Positions 1-9,727 are shown, numbered from the stretch's first letter. The stretch is DNA of 62,788 bases from Candidatus Uhrbacteria bacterium (GCA_023246355.1 JAHFIQ010000006.1:1-62788), one strand, 5' to 3'. Numbers and translations are program-made. The notes: a model not told the origin generated them from the sequence alone.

Positions 1-287
1 CGAGCCCACCTTAGAGCCCAGTCAACGATCCTGCCAAAACCTCTAATTCCTTGTCCTACGTGGTGAATGTGCATACTCCTGAGCCTTCTCAGGAGTGCAG
101 AATGTATCTGGCCTTAGGCATCCCGATCTTCTCGGCGTTGGGGTGTGCGAAGGGCGAGCCAGTGAAAGGACCACTGTCCATGGGAAACTCCTGAGGGCAA
201 AATCCGCAGAAAACAATACAGCAAAAACCAAGACTTGTCAACACCCTCTCTGTCCTTTCGGCACAAGATTCTGTACGATTTGCGCAT

Positions 288-1502
288 ATGAAAAAATCCC
301 TTCTCATTGCCCTTTCTGTTCTTATTTTGATTGCGCTCCTTGTCTTGGCCTGGTTTTTTGTTCGCTCTGCTGAGCCTTCCGCTGCTCTCAATGACGAGAA
401 TGCCCAAACGGAAACGGATACAACCAACAGTCCTGCAGGAGCCGTCGAGGAGGGAACAGAAGCTGCATCAGAGCCTGAGATCGCGTTCTTCTATCAAATC
501 GTCGGGGCATTCCAAAATGGGATTGGGACGAATGCAACCCTCATTGGTCATACCGCCGATGGAAAAAAAGTTGAAAGTTACGACGCGACCGCGCTTGAAT
601 GGGATCAGGGTCCTGACATTGTGGATTCCTATGGCGATCCCACGTTTAGTCGCCTGCCGGACGGCACCTGGACGCTGACCTCTTGGACAACCAATGACGA
701 CCCTCGTGGCTCTGGAGCCATGATGTACTGGGAAGGCGAGTGTCCCCTTGTTGATGACAGTGAAGTGATAGCCATCAATCCTTCCTCAGCAGCAGGATGT
801 GAGAAATCAAACAAACTTCAGCTTGGCAAAACCTCGCAAGTGTTTGCCGCGTACGGTGGAACGTTTGTTTTTCACAGCACGCTGACAGGTCTTCACCTGG
901 CTCACTTGAGCGATGCAACGCATGACGTCACAGATCTGGACACGATGTGTGTCTTGCCAGAGGCTGTGGACACCATCCGAGATTTGGATTGGGGAGAGTC
1001 AACGCCTGTGCCTGCTCCAGACGATCTGTTGATGAGCGATTCCGCCATTGCACAGCGTGCAGATGGAACCTGGGTCTTGTTTATAAAAGGCATTGAGAAA
1101 GACAGTGGCTGTACAGAACGAGGTGGACTTTGTGAGCTCTGTGCTCGAGGCATTTATCGGACAACGAGTGATGATCTTGTGAATTGGTCAGAGTGGGAGC
1201 GGGTGGTCTCACAAGCGAGTGTTCCAGAAGCAACGCAAACCACGGATGGCACCGTCTGGCTGTACTATCAAGATTTTTCTGATACCTGTGATGCTGACAA
1301 TCTTCAGTTGGCCAACATTTCACCGATCTCTGGTGTGCATGAAACAGGCGCCACGTACAAGATGTCCACACCGGTTCGTGTCAATTTTGTGGATGAAGCC
1401 TTTCAAACAAACAAACAGATGCACTACGCCACCAACGGCAATCCAATCTTCTTGCCTGACTTGGACGCCCAGGAGGCGCTGGAAGCGTGTGTGGCACAGT
1501 AG
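288..1502 (+). CDS. Secreted or membrane-anchored hypothetical protein, possibly beta-propeller-like
   Basis: 404-aa ORF. The N-terminus MKKSLLIALSVLILIALLVLAWFF looks like a signal/anchor. Motifs LPDGTWTL, ADGTWVLF and TDGTVWLYY recur. No family recognised with certainty. Confidence 0.5.
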   Translation: MKKSLLIALSVLILIALLVLAWFFVRSAEPSAALNDENAQTETDTTNSPAGAVEEGTEAASEPEIAFFYQIVGAFQNGIGTNATLIGHTADGKKVESYDATALEWDQGPDIVDSYGDPTFSRLPDGTWTLTSWTTNDDPRGSGAMMYWEGECPLVDDSEVIAINPSSAAGCEKSNKLQLGKTSQVFAAYGGTFVFHSTLTGLHLAHLSDATHDVTDLDTMCVLPEAVDTIRDLDWGESTPVPAPDDLLMSDSAIAQRADGTWVLFIKGIEKDSGCTERGGLCELCARGIYRTTSDDLVNWSEWERVVSQASVPEATQTTDGTVWLYYQDFSDTCDADNLQLANISPISGVHETGATYKMSTPVRVNFVDEAFQTNKQMHYATNGNPIFLPDLDAQEALEACVAQ

Positions 1503-1560
1503 ACCAGAATCAAAAAGAGTCTCACGTCTGTGAGGCTCTTTTTTGTCTGGTAGGTATTGT

Positions 1561-1634
1561 TGGAGCGGGATACGGGAATCGGACCCGCGCCTTCAGCTTG
1601 GGAAGCTGACATACTGCCACTATACTAATCCCGC
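1561..1634 (-). tRNA. tRNA-Gly (anticodon CCC)
   Basis: The reverse complement folds as a cloverleaf: acceptor GCGGGAT/ATCCCGC, anticodon stem TCAGC/GCTGA, loop TTCCCAA, encoded CCA. The T-loop reads TCCGATT rather than the usual TTCGATT. Confidence 0.8.
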
Positions 1635-1663
1635 GTCGGACGGTATCATATAGAAGATCTTTT

Positions 1664-2473
1664 ATGATGACAAGAAATTATTCTCTTTCTTTTTTTCTTT
1701 TCGTTCTTCTTCTTACAGGAGCCGTGGCTCCTGCCTATGCCGCTGACGAACTCGAGGTCATTGTTTCAACCACCTTCGATGCGGACACGATCGTCAAAGG
1801 CTATACGCTTGAGTCCAGTGATGGGTTGATGCGACTGGGTATTCGTCCTAACACCCTGAATGTCTCCACACGAGTGGATGTGAAAACGCTTGATCCTTCG
1901 ATCATGTCGGAAACCTTATCCACCTTCTCCACCTCGTCCACCTTTCCACCTTCTCTCTTGGGCAACATCTATCTTTTTGATATCCTGAATAAGGATTCCT
2001 ACGACGGAAGCGATTTCTTTTTTCTGGAGATCAAGTATCCGGTCGAGTCACAAGACACAGACACGCTTCATGGTCGCCGTCGAATCTATTTCTACAACGG
2101 CGTGAAGAGTGATTGGGAAGTCTTGCCCTCCACGGATAATCCCGAGACTCAATCCGTGAGGGCGCTGATTCATCTGCCGTATGCGCGTCTGGCCATTTTC
2201 GAGGATTCTGAAATCCCAGAAGTGGGAGAGGCCAGTTGGTATGGATACAAAAGTTGTGATTGCGCTGCGTCGCCAGATTATCCCAAAGGCTCTTCGCTTT
2301 TGGTGACACGCATCGACGATCCGACGAAGTCTGTCACGGTGACGGTGAATGATTACGGACCCGATCGCGCTGTGCATCCTGATCGCATTATCGATTTGGA
2401 TAAAGTCGCCTTTGCAAAACTTGTTTCTCTGGGTGCTGGACTCATTAATGTTCGAGTCACGTTTCTTGAGTAA
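1664..2473 (+). CDS. Secreted protein with C-terminal RlpA-like double-psi beta-barrel domain
   Basis: Signal peptide FFLFVLLLTGAVAPAYA. The C-terminus ASWYGYKSCDCAASPDYPKGSSLLVTRIDDPTKSVTVTVNDYGPD...IIDLDKVAFAKL matches the RlpA/DPBB pattern. Confidence 0.7.
   Translation: MMTRNYSLSFFLFVLLLTGAVAPAYAADELEVIVSTTFDADTIVKGYTLESSDGLMRLGIRPNTLNVSTRVDVKTLDPSIMSETLSTFSTSSTFPPSLLGNIYLFDILNKDSYDGSDFFFLEIKYPVESQDTDTLHGRRRIYFYNGVKSDWEVLPSTDNPETQSVRALIHLPYARLAIFEDSEIPEVGEASWYGYKSCDCAASPDYPKGSSLLVTRIDDPTKSVTVTVNDYGPDRAVHPDRIIDLDKVAFAKLVSLGAGLINVRVTFLE
1919..1954 (+). repeat. TCCACCT-type tandem element, in frame (encodes STFSTSSTFPPS)
   Basis: tccaccttctccacctcgtccacctttccaccttct contains four CCACCT units at 9-10 nt spacing, read in the TCC-ACC frame. 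Confidence 0.7.
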
Positions 2474-2481
2474 CTGCTCCC

Positions 2482-2514
2482 TTTTCCACCTCATCCACCT
2501 CTTCCACCTTTCCC
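2482..2514 (+). repeat. TCCACCT-type tandem element forming the ftsE leader
   Basis: ttttccacctcatccacctcttccacctttccc lies directly before the ftsE ATG at 2515. It is nearly identical to the element before the lgt ATG at 50073. Confidence 0.75.
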
Positions 2515-3195
2515 ATGATCCGCTTTAAAAACGTTTCCAAAATTTATCCTCCCAACGTTGTCGGCGTTGAGGGCATCAGCCTCCACATTCGTCCTGGAGA
2601 GTTTGTTTCGATCGTGGGAAAAAGTGGTACGGGCAAGTCCACGCTTGCCAAGCTCTTGTTTGCCGAGGAACGTCCCACACGTGGAAGCATCGAGATTGGC
2701 GGTTGGGATATCACCAACATCCATGATCGCGATGTCCCTCTGTTGCGTCGCCAGATTGGGGTGGTGTTTCAAGATTTTAAGTTGCTTCCCATGAAAACCG
2801 TGTACGAGAACATCGCCTTTGCCCTGCAAGTGGCAGGCGAGAGACCTCACCGTATACGCGAGGTGGTCCCAGCGGTTTTGAAGATCGTCAATCTGGAACC
2901 CATGATCGATCGCTATCCTCGCCAGCTCTCAGGGGGCGAGCAACAGCGTGTGGCGATCGGCAGAGCCCTTGTGCATTCACCCAAAGTTTTGGTGGCCGAT
3001 GAGCCCACCGGGAATCTTGATACCGTGACGACTCGCGAGATTATCGATCTGTTGAAGAAGATCAACGAGTTTGGCACAACGGTCGCGTTGGTCACGCACG
3101 ATCGGGAAGTGGTGAATGCCCTCAAGAAGCGGGTCATTACTCTTGAAGACGGGAAAATAAGTTCAGACATTGAAGAGGGGAGGTATAAACTTTGA
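2515..3195 (+). CDS. ftsE: Cell division ATP-binding protein FtsE
   Basis: Walker [13 protein letters not shown] signature [15 protein letters not shown], Walker B VLVADEPT. It is followed by an overlapping ftsX. Confidence 0.9.
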   Translation: MIRFKNVSKIYPPNVVGVEGISLHIRPGEFVSIVGKSGTGKSTLAKLLFAEERPTRGSIEIGGWDITNIHDRDVPLLRRQIGVVFQDFKLLPMKTVYENIAFALQVAGERPHRIREVVPAVLKIVNLEPMIDRYPRQLSGGEQQRVAIGRALVHSPKVLVADEPTGNLDTVTTREIIDLLKKINEFGTTVALVTHDREVVNALKKRVITLEDGKISSDIEEGRYKL

Positions 3196-4115
3196 GGAGT
3201 ATGTTTGTATCGAGTTATCGCGTCACAAAATTTGCCTTCCAAAATTTCTGGAGGAATTTTTGGCTGTCCGTCATCACCATCAGTATGCTTGTGATGACGC
3301 TCATGACCGTGAATATTTTGCTGGTGCTCAACGTGGTCACGCAGCAGGCGATAGAGCTGGTCGAGGACAAAGTAGAGGTCTCGGTATATTTTCAGGAGTA
3401 TGTGGAACAGGAAACCGTTGACCAAGCCGTCTCCTATTTGCGAGGACTGTCTCAAGTGAGAGATGTGGAAACGATCACGGCTGAGGAAGCCTACGACCAA
3501 TTCGTGGCGCGCCATGCCAATGATGAGGAAATTATGGCGTCGCTTCAAGAGTTGGGAGAAAATCCGTTTGGCCCAACGCTGGTTGTGAAAGCCCATGACG
3601 CTGCGGATTTTGAAATCATTTTGGATGCACTCGAAAACCCTCAGTTTCGCGATGACATCCGCGACAAAGATTTTTCAGACTACGAACAAATTGTAGAGCG
3701 CATTCGCTCGACTACGGATCGGATCCAGGCCTTTGGTGTGGCACTGTCCGTGATCTTTCTGCTCATCGCGATCTTGATTGTCTTTAACACGGTGCGTATC
3801 GGCATCTTCATCCACCGCGAGGAGATCGGCATCATGCGACTGGTCGGTGCTTCCAACTGGTTTATCAAGGCCCCGTTTTATCTGGAGATGATTCTCATGA
3901 GTTCTATCGCTCTGGCGATCACCCTTATCATGTTGTTTCCAGCCCTCGCGGCGCTCGAACCACAATTTGGTGTCTACTTTGGCACGCAGTCCGCCGGGCT
4001 CATGGAATACTTTACTCAGCACGGTTTAGTCATCTTTGGCCTTGAGTTTATGGGGCTTGTCCTGGTTTCGATTTTTTCAACGATCCTGGCCATGAGACGA
4101 TTTTTGAGAGTGTGA
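3192..4115 (+). CDS. ftsX: Cell division permease FtsX
   Basis: 307 aa with an N-terminal TM segment, an extracytoplasmic domain and three C-terminal TM segments. It overlaps the ftsE stop by 4 nt. Confidence 0.85.
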   Translation: MRSMFVSSYRVTKFAFQNFWRNFWLSVITISMLVMTLMTVNILLVLNVVTQQAIELVEDKVEVSVYFQEYVEQETVDQAVSYLRGLSQVRDVETITAEEAYDQFVARHANDEEIMASLQELGENPFGPTLVVKAHDAADFEIILDALENPQFRDDIRDKDFSDYEQIVERIRSTTDRIQAFGVALSVIFLLIAILIVFNTVRIGIFIHREEIGIMRLVGASNWFIKAPFYLEMILMSSIALAITLIMLFPALAALEPQFGVYFGTQSAGLMEYFTQHGLVIFGLEFMGLVLVSIFSTILAMRRFLRV

Positions 4116-4153
4116 GCAAAACAAAAGCCGCCAGTGTTTGCTGGTGGCTTTTG

Positions 4154-4227
4154 TGGTTCGGGGACTTGGAATCGAACCAAGATTCACAGCTTCAAAGGCT
4201 GCTGTCCTGCCGTTAGACGATCCCCGA
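4154..4227 (-). tRNA. tRNA-Gln (anticodon UUG)
   Basis: Reverse complement TCGGGGATCGTCTAACGGCAGGACAGCAGCCTTTGAAGCTGTGAATCTTGGTTCGATTCCAAGTCCCCGAACCA. Acceptor UCGGGGA/UCCCCGA, anticodon loop CTTTGAA, T-loop TTCGATT, encoded CCA. Confidence 0.9.
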
Positions 4228-4396
4228 GTGTAGTGAGTAAAATCGACAAGCCGTAGGCTTGAGCTCCGGTGCGAGCACACAGGCAGAAGCTTGCTGATGT
4301 CTGTGTGTGAGCACTGGAGCGTACAACCCGGAGGGTTGTCGATTTTCGAACGAAGCGAGAGGGATGCGGCGTTTTCGCCGCCGCCCCGAGTGTAGT
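4222..4396. repeat. tRNA-Gln-linked repeat module bounded by a 13-nt direct repeat that includes the tRNA 5' end
   Basis: CCCCGAGTGTAGT occurs at 4222-4234 (covering tRNA nt 1-6 plus leader) and again at 4384-4396. Between the copies lie an 11-bp stem (aaaatcgacaa 4239-4249 / ttgtcgatttt 4336-4346) around an imperfect long hairpin, the box CGAACGAAGCGA (4347-4358), and a GC hairpin gcggcgttttcgccgc. Confidence 0.7.
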
Positions 4397-4433
4397 TAAA
4401 GCACGGAGATCATAAGCATTCTGGAGTTTTTTT

Positions 4434-5237
4434 TCAAGCCTTCTGAAACTCAATTGCTGATCCGTAGAACATCGACGCGAGATTCGAGATGTTTTCATCT
4501 TGTGTGGTGAAGTAGGTTCTAGCCGATTTCTTTTCAAGCCGATGGCTGATCTCCGGATGTCGCAGCAGGTAATCCTTCAAGGATTTTGCAACGAGATCGC
4601 CCTGGGTGAGGACATTCATAAACCCGGGAACGGCTTTGCGAAAGGGAAGGAAGACCAGAGGGTAATGGGTGCACGCAAGCAGCACTTGTTCGATCATCGG
4701 ATCTTGTGTGAGGAGTTCTTGTACGAATTGGGTGACAAGATGATGACACTCGGCTGTATCCTGTTGTCCCTTCTCGATCATGTCTGTGAGCCCTGGGCAC
4801 GCAACCTGACTCACGACGATTTCTGGATTGAGCTTTTGAAATTCATGGACATACGCCTCAGAGGTTACGGTCGCAGGTGTTGCCAAGATTCCAACACGCC
4901 GGCTGTTTGCGGCCAGATATTCAACCGCTGGTCGAATCACCCCCAGCACGCGTCGGTCAGGAAATTCTCCGGGAAGCACTTCTTGCTGAATCCGTCGCAG
5001 GGCCTGCGATGAGGCCGTGTTGCATGCCAGGATCACCAACGGACAGCCTTTCTCAAATAAAAATCTGACCCCTTCCAATGTGAACTGAAAAATTTCTTCT
5101 TGAGTGCGAATGCCATACGGTGCTCGAGCATTGTCGCCAAGATAGACTGTTGAAATCTCAGGAAGTCGTTCGTGGATCGGTTTCAAGACCGTGAGACCGC
5201 CAAAGCCGGAATCAAAAATACCAAGCATATGACCCAT
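4434..5237 (-). CDS. murI: Glutamate racemase
   Basis: Motifs IFDSGFGGLTV, GDNARAPYG, LACNTAS and ACTHYP. Confidence 0.9.
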   Translation of the reverse strand: MGHMLGIFDSGFGGLTVLKPIHERLPEISTVYLGDNARAPYGIRTQEEIFQFTLEGVRFLFEKGCPLVILACNTASSQALRRIQQEVLPGEFPDRRVLGVIRPAVEYLAANSRRVGILATPATVTSEAYVHEFQKLNPEIVVSQVACPGLTDMIEKGQQDTAECHHLVTQFVQELLTQDPMIEQVLLACTHYPLVFLPFRKAVPGFMNVLTQGDLVAKSLKDYLLRHPEISHRLEKKSARTYFTTQDENISNLASMFYGSAIEFQKA

Positions 5238-5259
5238 AGCTTGGCATGAGCTTTTAGTT

Positions 5260-5772
5260 ATGGCAACATACTCTCGTATGGCAAAACCTACCTGTCTTTT
5301 TCCCGGTCGCTTTCAGCCCTATCACAACGGTCATCATCTTGTGGTGCAAGGCATGACCAAACTGTGTGGCAAAATTATCATTGCGATTGGCAGCTCGGAC
5401 AAATCTCGATCTGCAGAGAACCCCTACAGCGCTCAAGAACGCAAAGAAATGATCCAAGCCGCGCTCCAAGATGAGGATCTTATTCCGATGTTTGATATCA
5501 ATTTTATTTTGCTTCCTGATGTGGCTGACGATGAGTCGTGGACAAAACAAGCCATGGAGCTCGCCGGTCCCATCGATATGGTGTGGACAGGCAATGAGCA
5601 CACAAAAAAATGTTTTGAAGGCAAACTTCCGATCAAAGCCATCAAGGAAGTCCCTGGCATCAGCTCGACGGCCATCCGAGCTCTCGTGAAAACCGGTGGT
5701 GACTGGGGGAGCAAAGTTCCCGACGAAGTGGCTCGGTCCATGCGCGAGATCGGATTGGATCGGCTGAAATAA
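5260..5772 (+). CDS. Nicotinamide-nucleotide adenylyltransferase (archaeal NadM-like cytidylyltransferase fold)
   Basis: Nucleotidyltransferase motif GRFQPYHNGH plus the C-terminal ISSTAIR motif; 170 aa. Confidence 0.65.
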   Translation: MATYSRMAKPTCLFPGRFQPYHNGHHLVVQGMTKLCGKIIIAIGSSDKSRSAENPYSAQERKEMIQAALQDEDLIPMFDINFILLPDVADDESWTKQAMELAGPIDMVWTGNEHTKKCFEGKLPIKAIKEVPGISSTAIRALVKTGGDWGSKVPDEVARSMREIGLDRLK

Positions 5773-5773
5773 C

Positions 5774-6091
5774 ATGCATCGTTTTTCCCGCGCCATGATC
5801 GCTCTCACCCTGTTCGGCTCCATGTGGATGCACGGAGTGCTTCCTGTTGCCGCTGCCTCTCACGACATGATGAACGACATGGGCTCTCCCTCGTGTCTGA
5901 GTCATTGTCTCGCGGCTATTCATGCAGACTCTGCTCACAACGCGACAAGTCCGTCTGTTCTTCGTCTCATGATTCCTGCGAAATCAGATGCCCTTACCTC
6001 ATCCACCTCCTCTGCCTCTTTTCTCTCTTCCACCTTGTCCACCTCTTTTCATGACCCATGGCTCATTCTCACAACGATCAAACGTGAATGA
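5774..6091 (+). CDS. Small secreted His/Met/Cys-rich protein, possibly metal binding
   Basis: Signal-like N-terminus, then SHDMMNDMGSPSCLSHCLAAIHADSAH. It sits at the head of the copper cluster. The C-terminal half is largely encoded by a TCCACCT-type element. Confidence 0.4.
   Translation: MHRFSRAMIALTLFGSMWMHGVLPVAAASHDMMNDMGSPSCLSHCLAAIHADSAHNATSPSVLRLMIPAKSDALTSSTSSASFLSSTLSTSFHDPWLILTTIKRE
5995..6050 (+). repeat. TCCACCT-type tandem element, in frame (encodes TSSTSSASFLSSTLSTSF)
   Basis: acctcatccacctcctctgcctcttttctctcttccaccttgtccacctcttttc. Confidence 0.6.
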
Positions 6092-6143
6092 ACACAAAAT
6101 GCTTCGCCCTGTGCGTTAACTCATTTTGTGTTTTTTGATTCAT

Positions 6144-7262
6144 ATGTCTGAACGTCCATTCAATGCTAAACGAGCGCTCGGGATTCTGGTGATCGTTTTC
6201 GCTCTCTGGTACCTCCTCAATAGCCTTGGCTTTCTCTCTGTCTCTCCAAGCGTGAATGCAGCTGGGGGACTTGTTGCGATTTTCTTCATCGGCTTGGTTG
6301 CCTCTGTTTCATCTTGCACAGCGATCCTCTCGGGACTTATCGTCGCTATCTCAGCCAATCATGCCAAGCTCCATGCAGGTGAGTCCTTGAACACTCGACT
6401 GCGTCCTCATGTCCTTTTCAATCTTGGTCGGCTCATTGGGTTCGCTGTGTTCGGTGCCATGATCGGTGCGATCGGTTCCGTGCTCTCGCTCTCAACAGAG
6501 CTTAACGCCCTGTTCGTCATGGTTGTTTCTATTTTGATGTTGGGCCTTGGAGCGAACTTGCTTGATCTCCTTCCGCCTGGATTTTTTCGATTTCACCCAC
6601 CGCTTTGGCTGGCGCGACGCATCTTGAAGCTTCAGGAGTCACATCATCCTGCGGTCTTGTTTGCCCTTGGCGCACTCACATTTTTTCTCCCCTGTGGATT
6701 CACCCAGAGCGTTCAACTTTACGCACTGTCAACCGGCAGTCCAGCCACGGCCGCGTCCATCATGATGGTATTTGCGCTGGGAACACTTCCGGTGTTGCTT
6801 GGATTGGGAGCCGCGACGTCTTCTGCTCACGGCAAGCGACTCAAGAGGATCACCCAAGTCGCTGGTATCTTGGTTCTCGTGATCGGTCTTTCACAACTCT
6901 TGAACGGAATGACCTTGCTTGGCATTTCTCTCCCCACAGCAGACAGTCAAGAAACAGCTGCGCAGCAAACAGACGTGGCGGTTATTGATGGAAAACAAGT
7001 GATCCAGATGGAACTTGGAAGCGGTTTTTACGCGCCAGACGTTCTTACGGTTGTTGAAGACGTTCCTGTGGAGTGGGACATTTACGCACCAGAGTTTATG
7101 GGCTGTGCCACACAGTTGGTCTCTCGGGGGCTTGGGATCAGTCAAACATTAAAGCCAGGTGACAATGTGGTGACGTTCACACCGAAAGATCCTGGAGAGT
7201 ATGTTTTTAGTTGTTCGATGGGGATGGTGCGCGGCACGATGATCGTCACGAAAAGTCTATGA
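6144..7262 (+). CDS. Polytopic membrane protein (TauE/SafE or DsbD-like transporter fold) fused to a C-terminal cupredoxin-like domain
   Basis: Multiple TM helices. The C-terminal soluble domain ends [18 protein letters not shown], which is Cys/Met ligand-like. Its stop overlaps the copA start (ATGA). Confidence 0.55.
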   Translation: MSERPFNAKRALGILVIVFALWYLLNSLGFLSVSPSVNAAGGLVAIFFIGLVASVSSCTAILSGLIVAISANHAKLHAGESLNTRLRPHVLFNLGRLIGFAVFGAMIGAIGSVLSLSTELNALFVMVVSILMLGLGANLLDLLPPGFFRFHPPLWLARRILKLQESHHPAVLFALGALTFFLPCGFTQSVQLYALSTGSPATAASIMMVFALGTLPVLLGLGAATSSAHGKRLKRITQVAGILVLVIGLSQLLNGMTLLGISLPTADSQETAAQQTDVAVIDGKQVIQMELGSGFYAPDVLTVVEDVPVEWDIYAPEFMGCATQLVSRGLGISQTLKPGDNVVTFTPKDPGEYVFSCSMGMVRGTMIVTKSL

Positions 7263-9379
7263 CGCACACACAATTCAAAATCACTGGTATGCACTGTGCG
7301 TCCTGTGCGGTGAATATCGAATCGGAACTTGGCAAACAGCCAGGCGTGAAATCTGCGAATGTGAATTACGCGCTTGCCTCTGCTGCCGTCGAGCACGAGG
7401 AGCATGTTCATGAAACGGATCTCCATACAGTCGTGAAGAACATGGGGTACAGCGTGGCGGCGTCACAAGACGATCATGCCCATCACAGCCACGATGCAGC
7501 AGCTGGTCGGCGTGCAGGGTTTTCTTTGGCGCTGGCCATTCCTGCCGTCATTCTGGCGATGATGGGAATCCTTCCCTGGGCACAAGCGATTCTATCCACG
7601 ATTGTGGTGCTAGGACCTGGCATGGAATTTCATCGGATGACGTTTCAACAACTGAAGCGCGGCCGTGCCAACATGGACACACTCATAACCATGGGCACAC
7701 TGGTTGCCCTGGCGTTCAGCTGGTGGCAGTTTTCAGTGGGAGGTGCGTTGTACTTTGAGACCGCCGCGCTTATCACAGGATTTATTTTGCTGGGTCGCTA
7801 TTTTGAAGCGCGCGCAAAAGGAAAGGCGAGTGAGGCCATTTCCAAGTTGATGGAACTTGGGGCGAAGATGGCGCATAAAGTGGTGGCTGCGGATACACAG
7901 GATGTTCCCGTTGAATCGTTGAAGATCGGTGATCGCGTTCTCGTGAAGCCAGGGGAAAAAATTCCCTTGGACGGAAAAATTATTTCTGGAGAGTCGTCCG
8001 TGGATGAATCCATGCTCACAGGGGAGAGTATGCCGATTGGGAAACGCCCGGGTGATTCCGTGTTCGGTGCGACCGTGAACCAGCAAGGCGTGCTGACGAT
8101 TGCGATCACGGCGATCTCGGGGAATACGGTGCTCGCCCAAATTGTGAGACTTGTGGAGCAGGCGCAGCAACAGAAAGCGCCGATTCAAAAGTTAGTCGAT
8201 AGGATCTCGGGCATCTTTGTCCCGGTGGTGATCGGCATCGCCGGCATCACGTTTGTTATCTGGTACATGATCACAGGCGACGTAAGTACATCCCTCATTC
8301 CAGCCGTCGCCGTGCTTGTGATCGCCTGTCCCTGCGCTCTTGGACTGGCGACTCCTACGGCGATCCTGGTTGGTACCGGCCGTGGAGCAAGAGAGGGAAT
8401 CTTGATCAAGAGCGGCGAGGCGCTTGAACGCAACCGACATTTGGATGTGGTTCTCTTCGACAAAACAGGAACGCTCACAGAAGGCAGACCTGTGGTGACA
8501 GACATGGAAGTTTCCCCCCTTGGCAAGGGGGGAGCAAGGGGGGTCTTGGAGCTCATTGCCTCCCTCGAATCCTCTTCTGAGCATCCTCTGGCTCAGGCCG
8601 TCGTGCGGTATGCAAAGGATCAGGGAGTGATCCTGAAGCCAGCTTCGAATGTGCAGTCGGTCACAGGGAAGGGAATCGAGGGGATAGTTGAAGGAAAAAA
8701 AGTCGCGATTGGGTCACCTGACTTCTTGTCTCACATTGTATCGATCGATACAAAACGGAATCAAATTGAACTGTGGCAGTCACAAGCCAAGACCGTTATT
8801 GTCGCAGCTGTCGACGGGGAAATGCTGGGCATACTGGCGATTGCTGACGCGCCAAAGCCACAAGCCAAAGAGTCCATTGCTGAGCTCAGACGCATGGGAC
8901 TCGATGTGGTGATGGTGACAGGTGATAACAGAAAGACGGCTGAGGTGATCGCGCGCGGACTTGGCATCGAGCAAGTCGAAGCAGATGTCTTGCCTGGGAC
9001 AAAACTTGAAGTCGTGAAAGCGTGGCAGGCGAAAGGCAAGCGTGTGGCATTTGTGGGAGACGGCATTAACGACGCTCCAGCGCTCACGCAAGCTGACCTC
9101 GGGATTGCCATGGGAACAGGCACGGATGTCGCGATCGAGGCTGGGCAAATTGTGCTGGTGGGTGGAGGGCCTGAGAAAGTCGTCGCCGGCATTAAGCTTG
9201 CCGCAGCCACGTATCGCGGGATCAAGCAAAATTTGTTTTGGGCATTCTTCTACAATGTGATCGCGATTCCATTGGCAGCGCTCGGGCTTCTCAATCCGTT
9301 GATTGCCTCGGCAGCCATGGCGTTCTCCAGCGTGTCGGTGGTGTTGAATTCGCTTCGGATCAAGAGAGCAAAGATTTGA
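7259..9379 (+). CDS. copA: Copper-translocating P1B-type ATPase
   Basis: HMA motif [11 protein letters not shown] transmembrane motif, DKTGTLT phosphorylation site, and GDGINDAP. The start is taken at [13 protein letters not shown]. Confidence 0.95.
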   Translation: MTHTQFKITGMHCASCAVNIESELGKQPGVKSANVNYALASAAVEHEEHVHETDLHTVVKNMGYSVAASQDDHAHHSHDAAAGRRAGFSLALAIPAVILAMMGILPWAQAILSTIVVLGPGMEFHRMTFQQLKRGRANMDTLITMGTLVALAFSWWQFSVGGALYFETAALITGFILLGRYFEARAKGKASEAISKLMELGAKMAHKVVAADTQDVPVESLKIGDRVLVKPGEKIPLDGKIISGESSVDESMLTGESMPIGKRPGDSVFGATVNQQGVLTIAITAISGNTVLAQIVRLVEQAQQQKAPIQKLVDRISGIFVPVVIGIAGITFVIWYMITGDVSTSLIPAVAVLVIACPCALGLATPTAILVGTGRGAREGILIKSGEALERNRHLDVVLFDKTGTLTEGRPVVTDMEVSPLGKGGARGVLELIASLESSSEHPLAQAVVRYAKDQGVILKPASNVQSVTGKGIEGIVEGKKVAIGSPDFLSHIVSIDTKRNQIELWQSQAKTVIVAAVDGEMLGILAIADAPKPQAKESIAELRRMGLDVVMVTGDNRKTAEVIARGLGIEQVEADVLPGTKLEVVKAWQAKGKRVAFVGDGINDAPALTQADLGIAMGTGTDVAIEAGQIVLVGGGPEKVVAGIKLAAATYRGIKQNLFWAFFYNVIAIPLAALGLLNPLIASAAMAFSSVSVVLNSLRIKRAKI
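8513..8545 (+). repeat. G/C-palindromic mini-insert, in frame in copA (encodes [11 protein letters not shown])
   Basis: tCCCCCCTtggcaAGGGGGGagcaaGGGGGGtc: a 7-bp perfect stem with a 5-nt loop plus a third G6 run. It lies between DKTGTLT and the SEHPLA region. Confidence 0.75.
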
Positions 9380-9403
9380 CTTTTGTCCTGAAATCTGCTA
9401 TTA

Positions 9404-9727
9404 TTGGCTCATATGGAAATCAAAGGTCCAGAATATTATGCCCAGTGGCGAGCGGATCAAGCGAAAAAACGTGAGGCTCCGCCAGCGCCTGCTGCGCCAG
9501 CTCAGCGTCCACGAGAACGTGCTCCCGTCAACATGGAAGCACAGCGAGCACACCTGATGGGACAGATTCGCGAAACACAATCGCTCATGGATGAAGCCAC
9601 TCGTGCCGCAGAACGATTTCGTCGCGATGGGCTTCCTGATTATGCGGAAAGAAAAGAAGCATCCGTACAAACGTATAAATTTCGAATGAAGCAATTGCGC
9701 GAAGATTTAGGAAAGCTTGCAAGCTAA
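9404..9727 (+). CDS. Hypothetical protein, Pro/Ala-rich then coiled-coil-like
   Basis: 107-aa ORF followed by the hairpin terminator aaaaacagttctggtgagaatcagagctgttttt. Confidence 0.45.
   Translation: MAHMEIKGPEYYAQWRADQAKKREAPPAPAAPAQRPRERAPVNMEAQRAHLMGQIRETQSLMDEATRAAERFRRDGLPDYAERKEASVQTYKFRMKQLREDLGKLAS

Noticed and set aside
1-287. Short ORFs at the left edge (43..231, 89..427, 95..373)
   Set aside because: They are mutually overlapping, have no motifs, and are of low-complexity composition. The region is more likely an intergenic or promoter region for ORF 288..1502.
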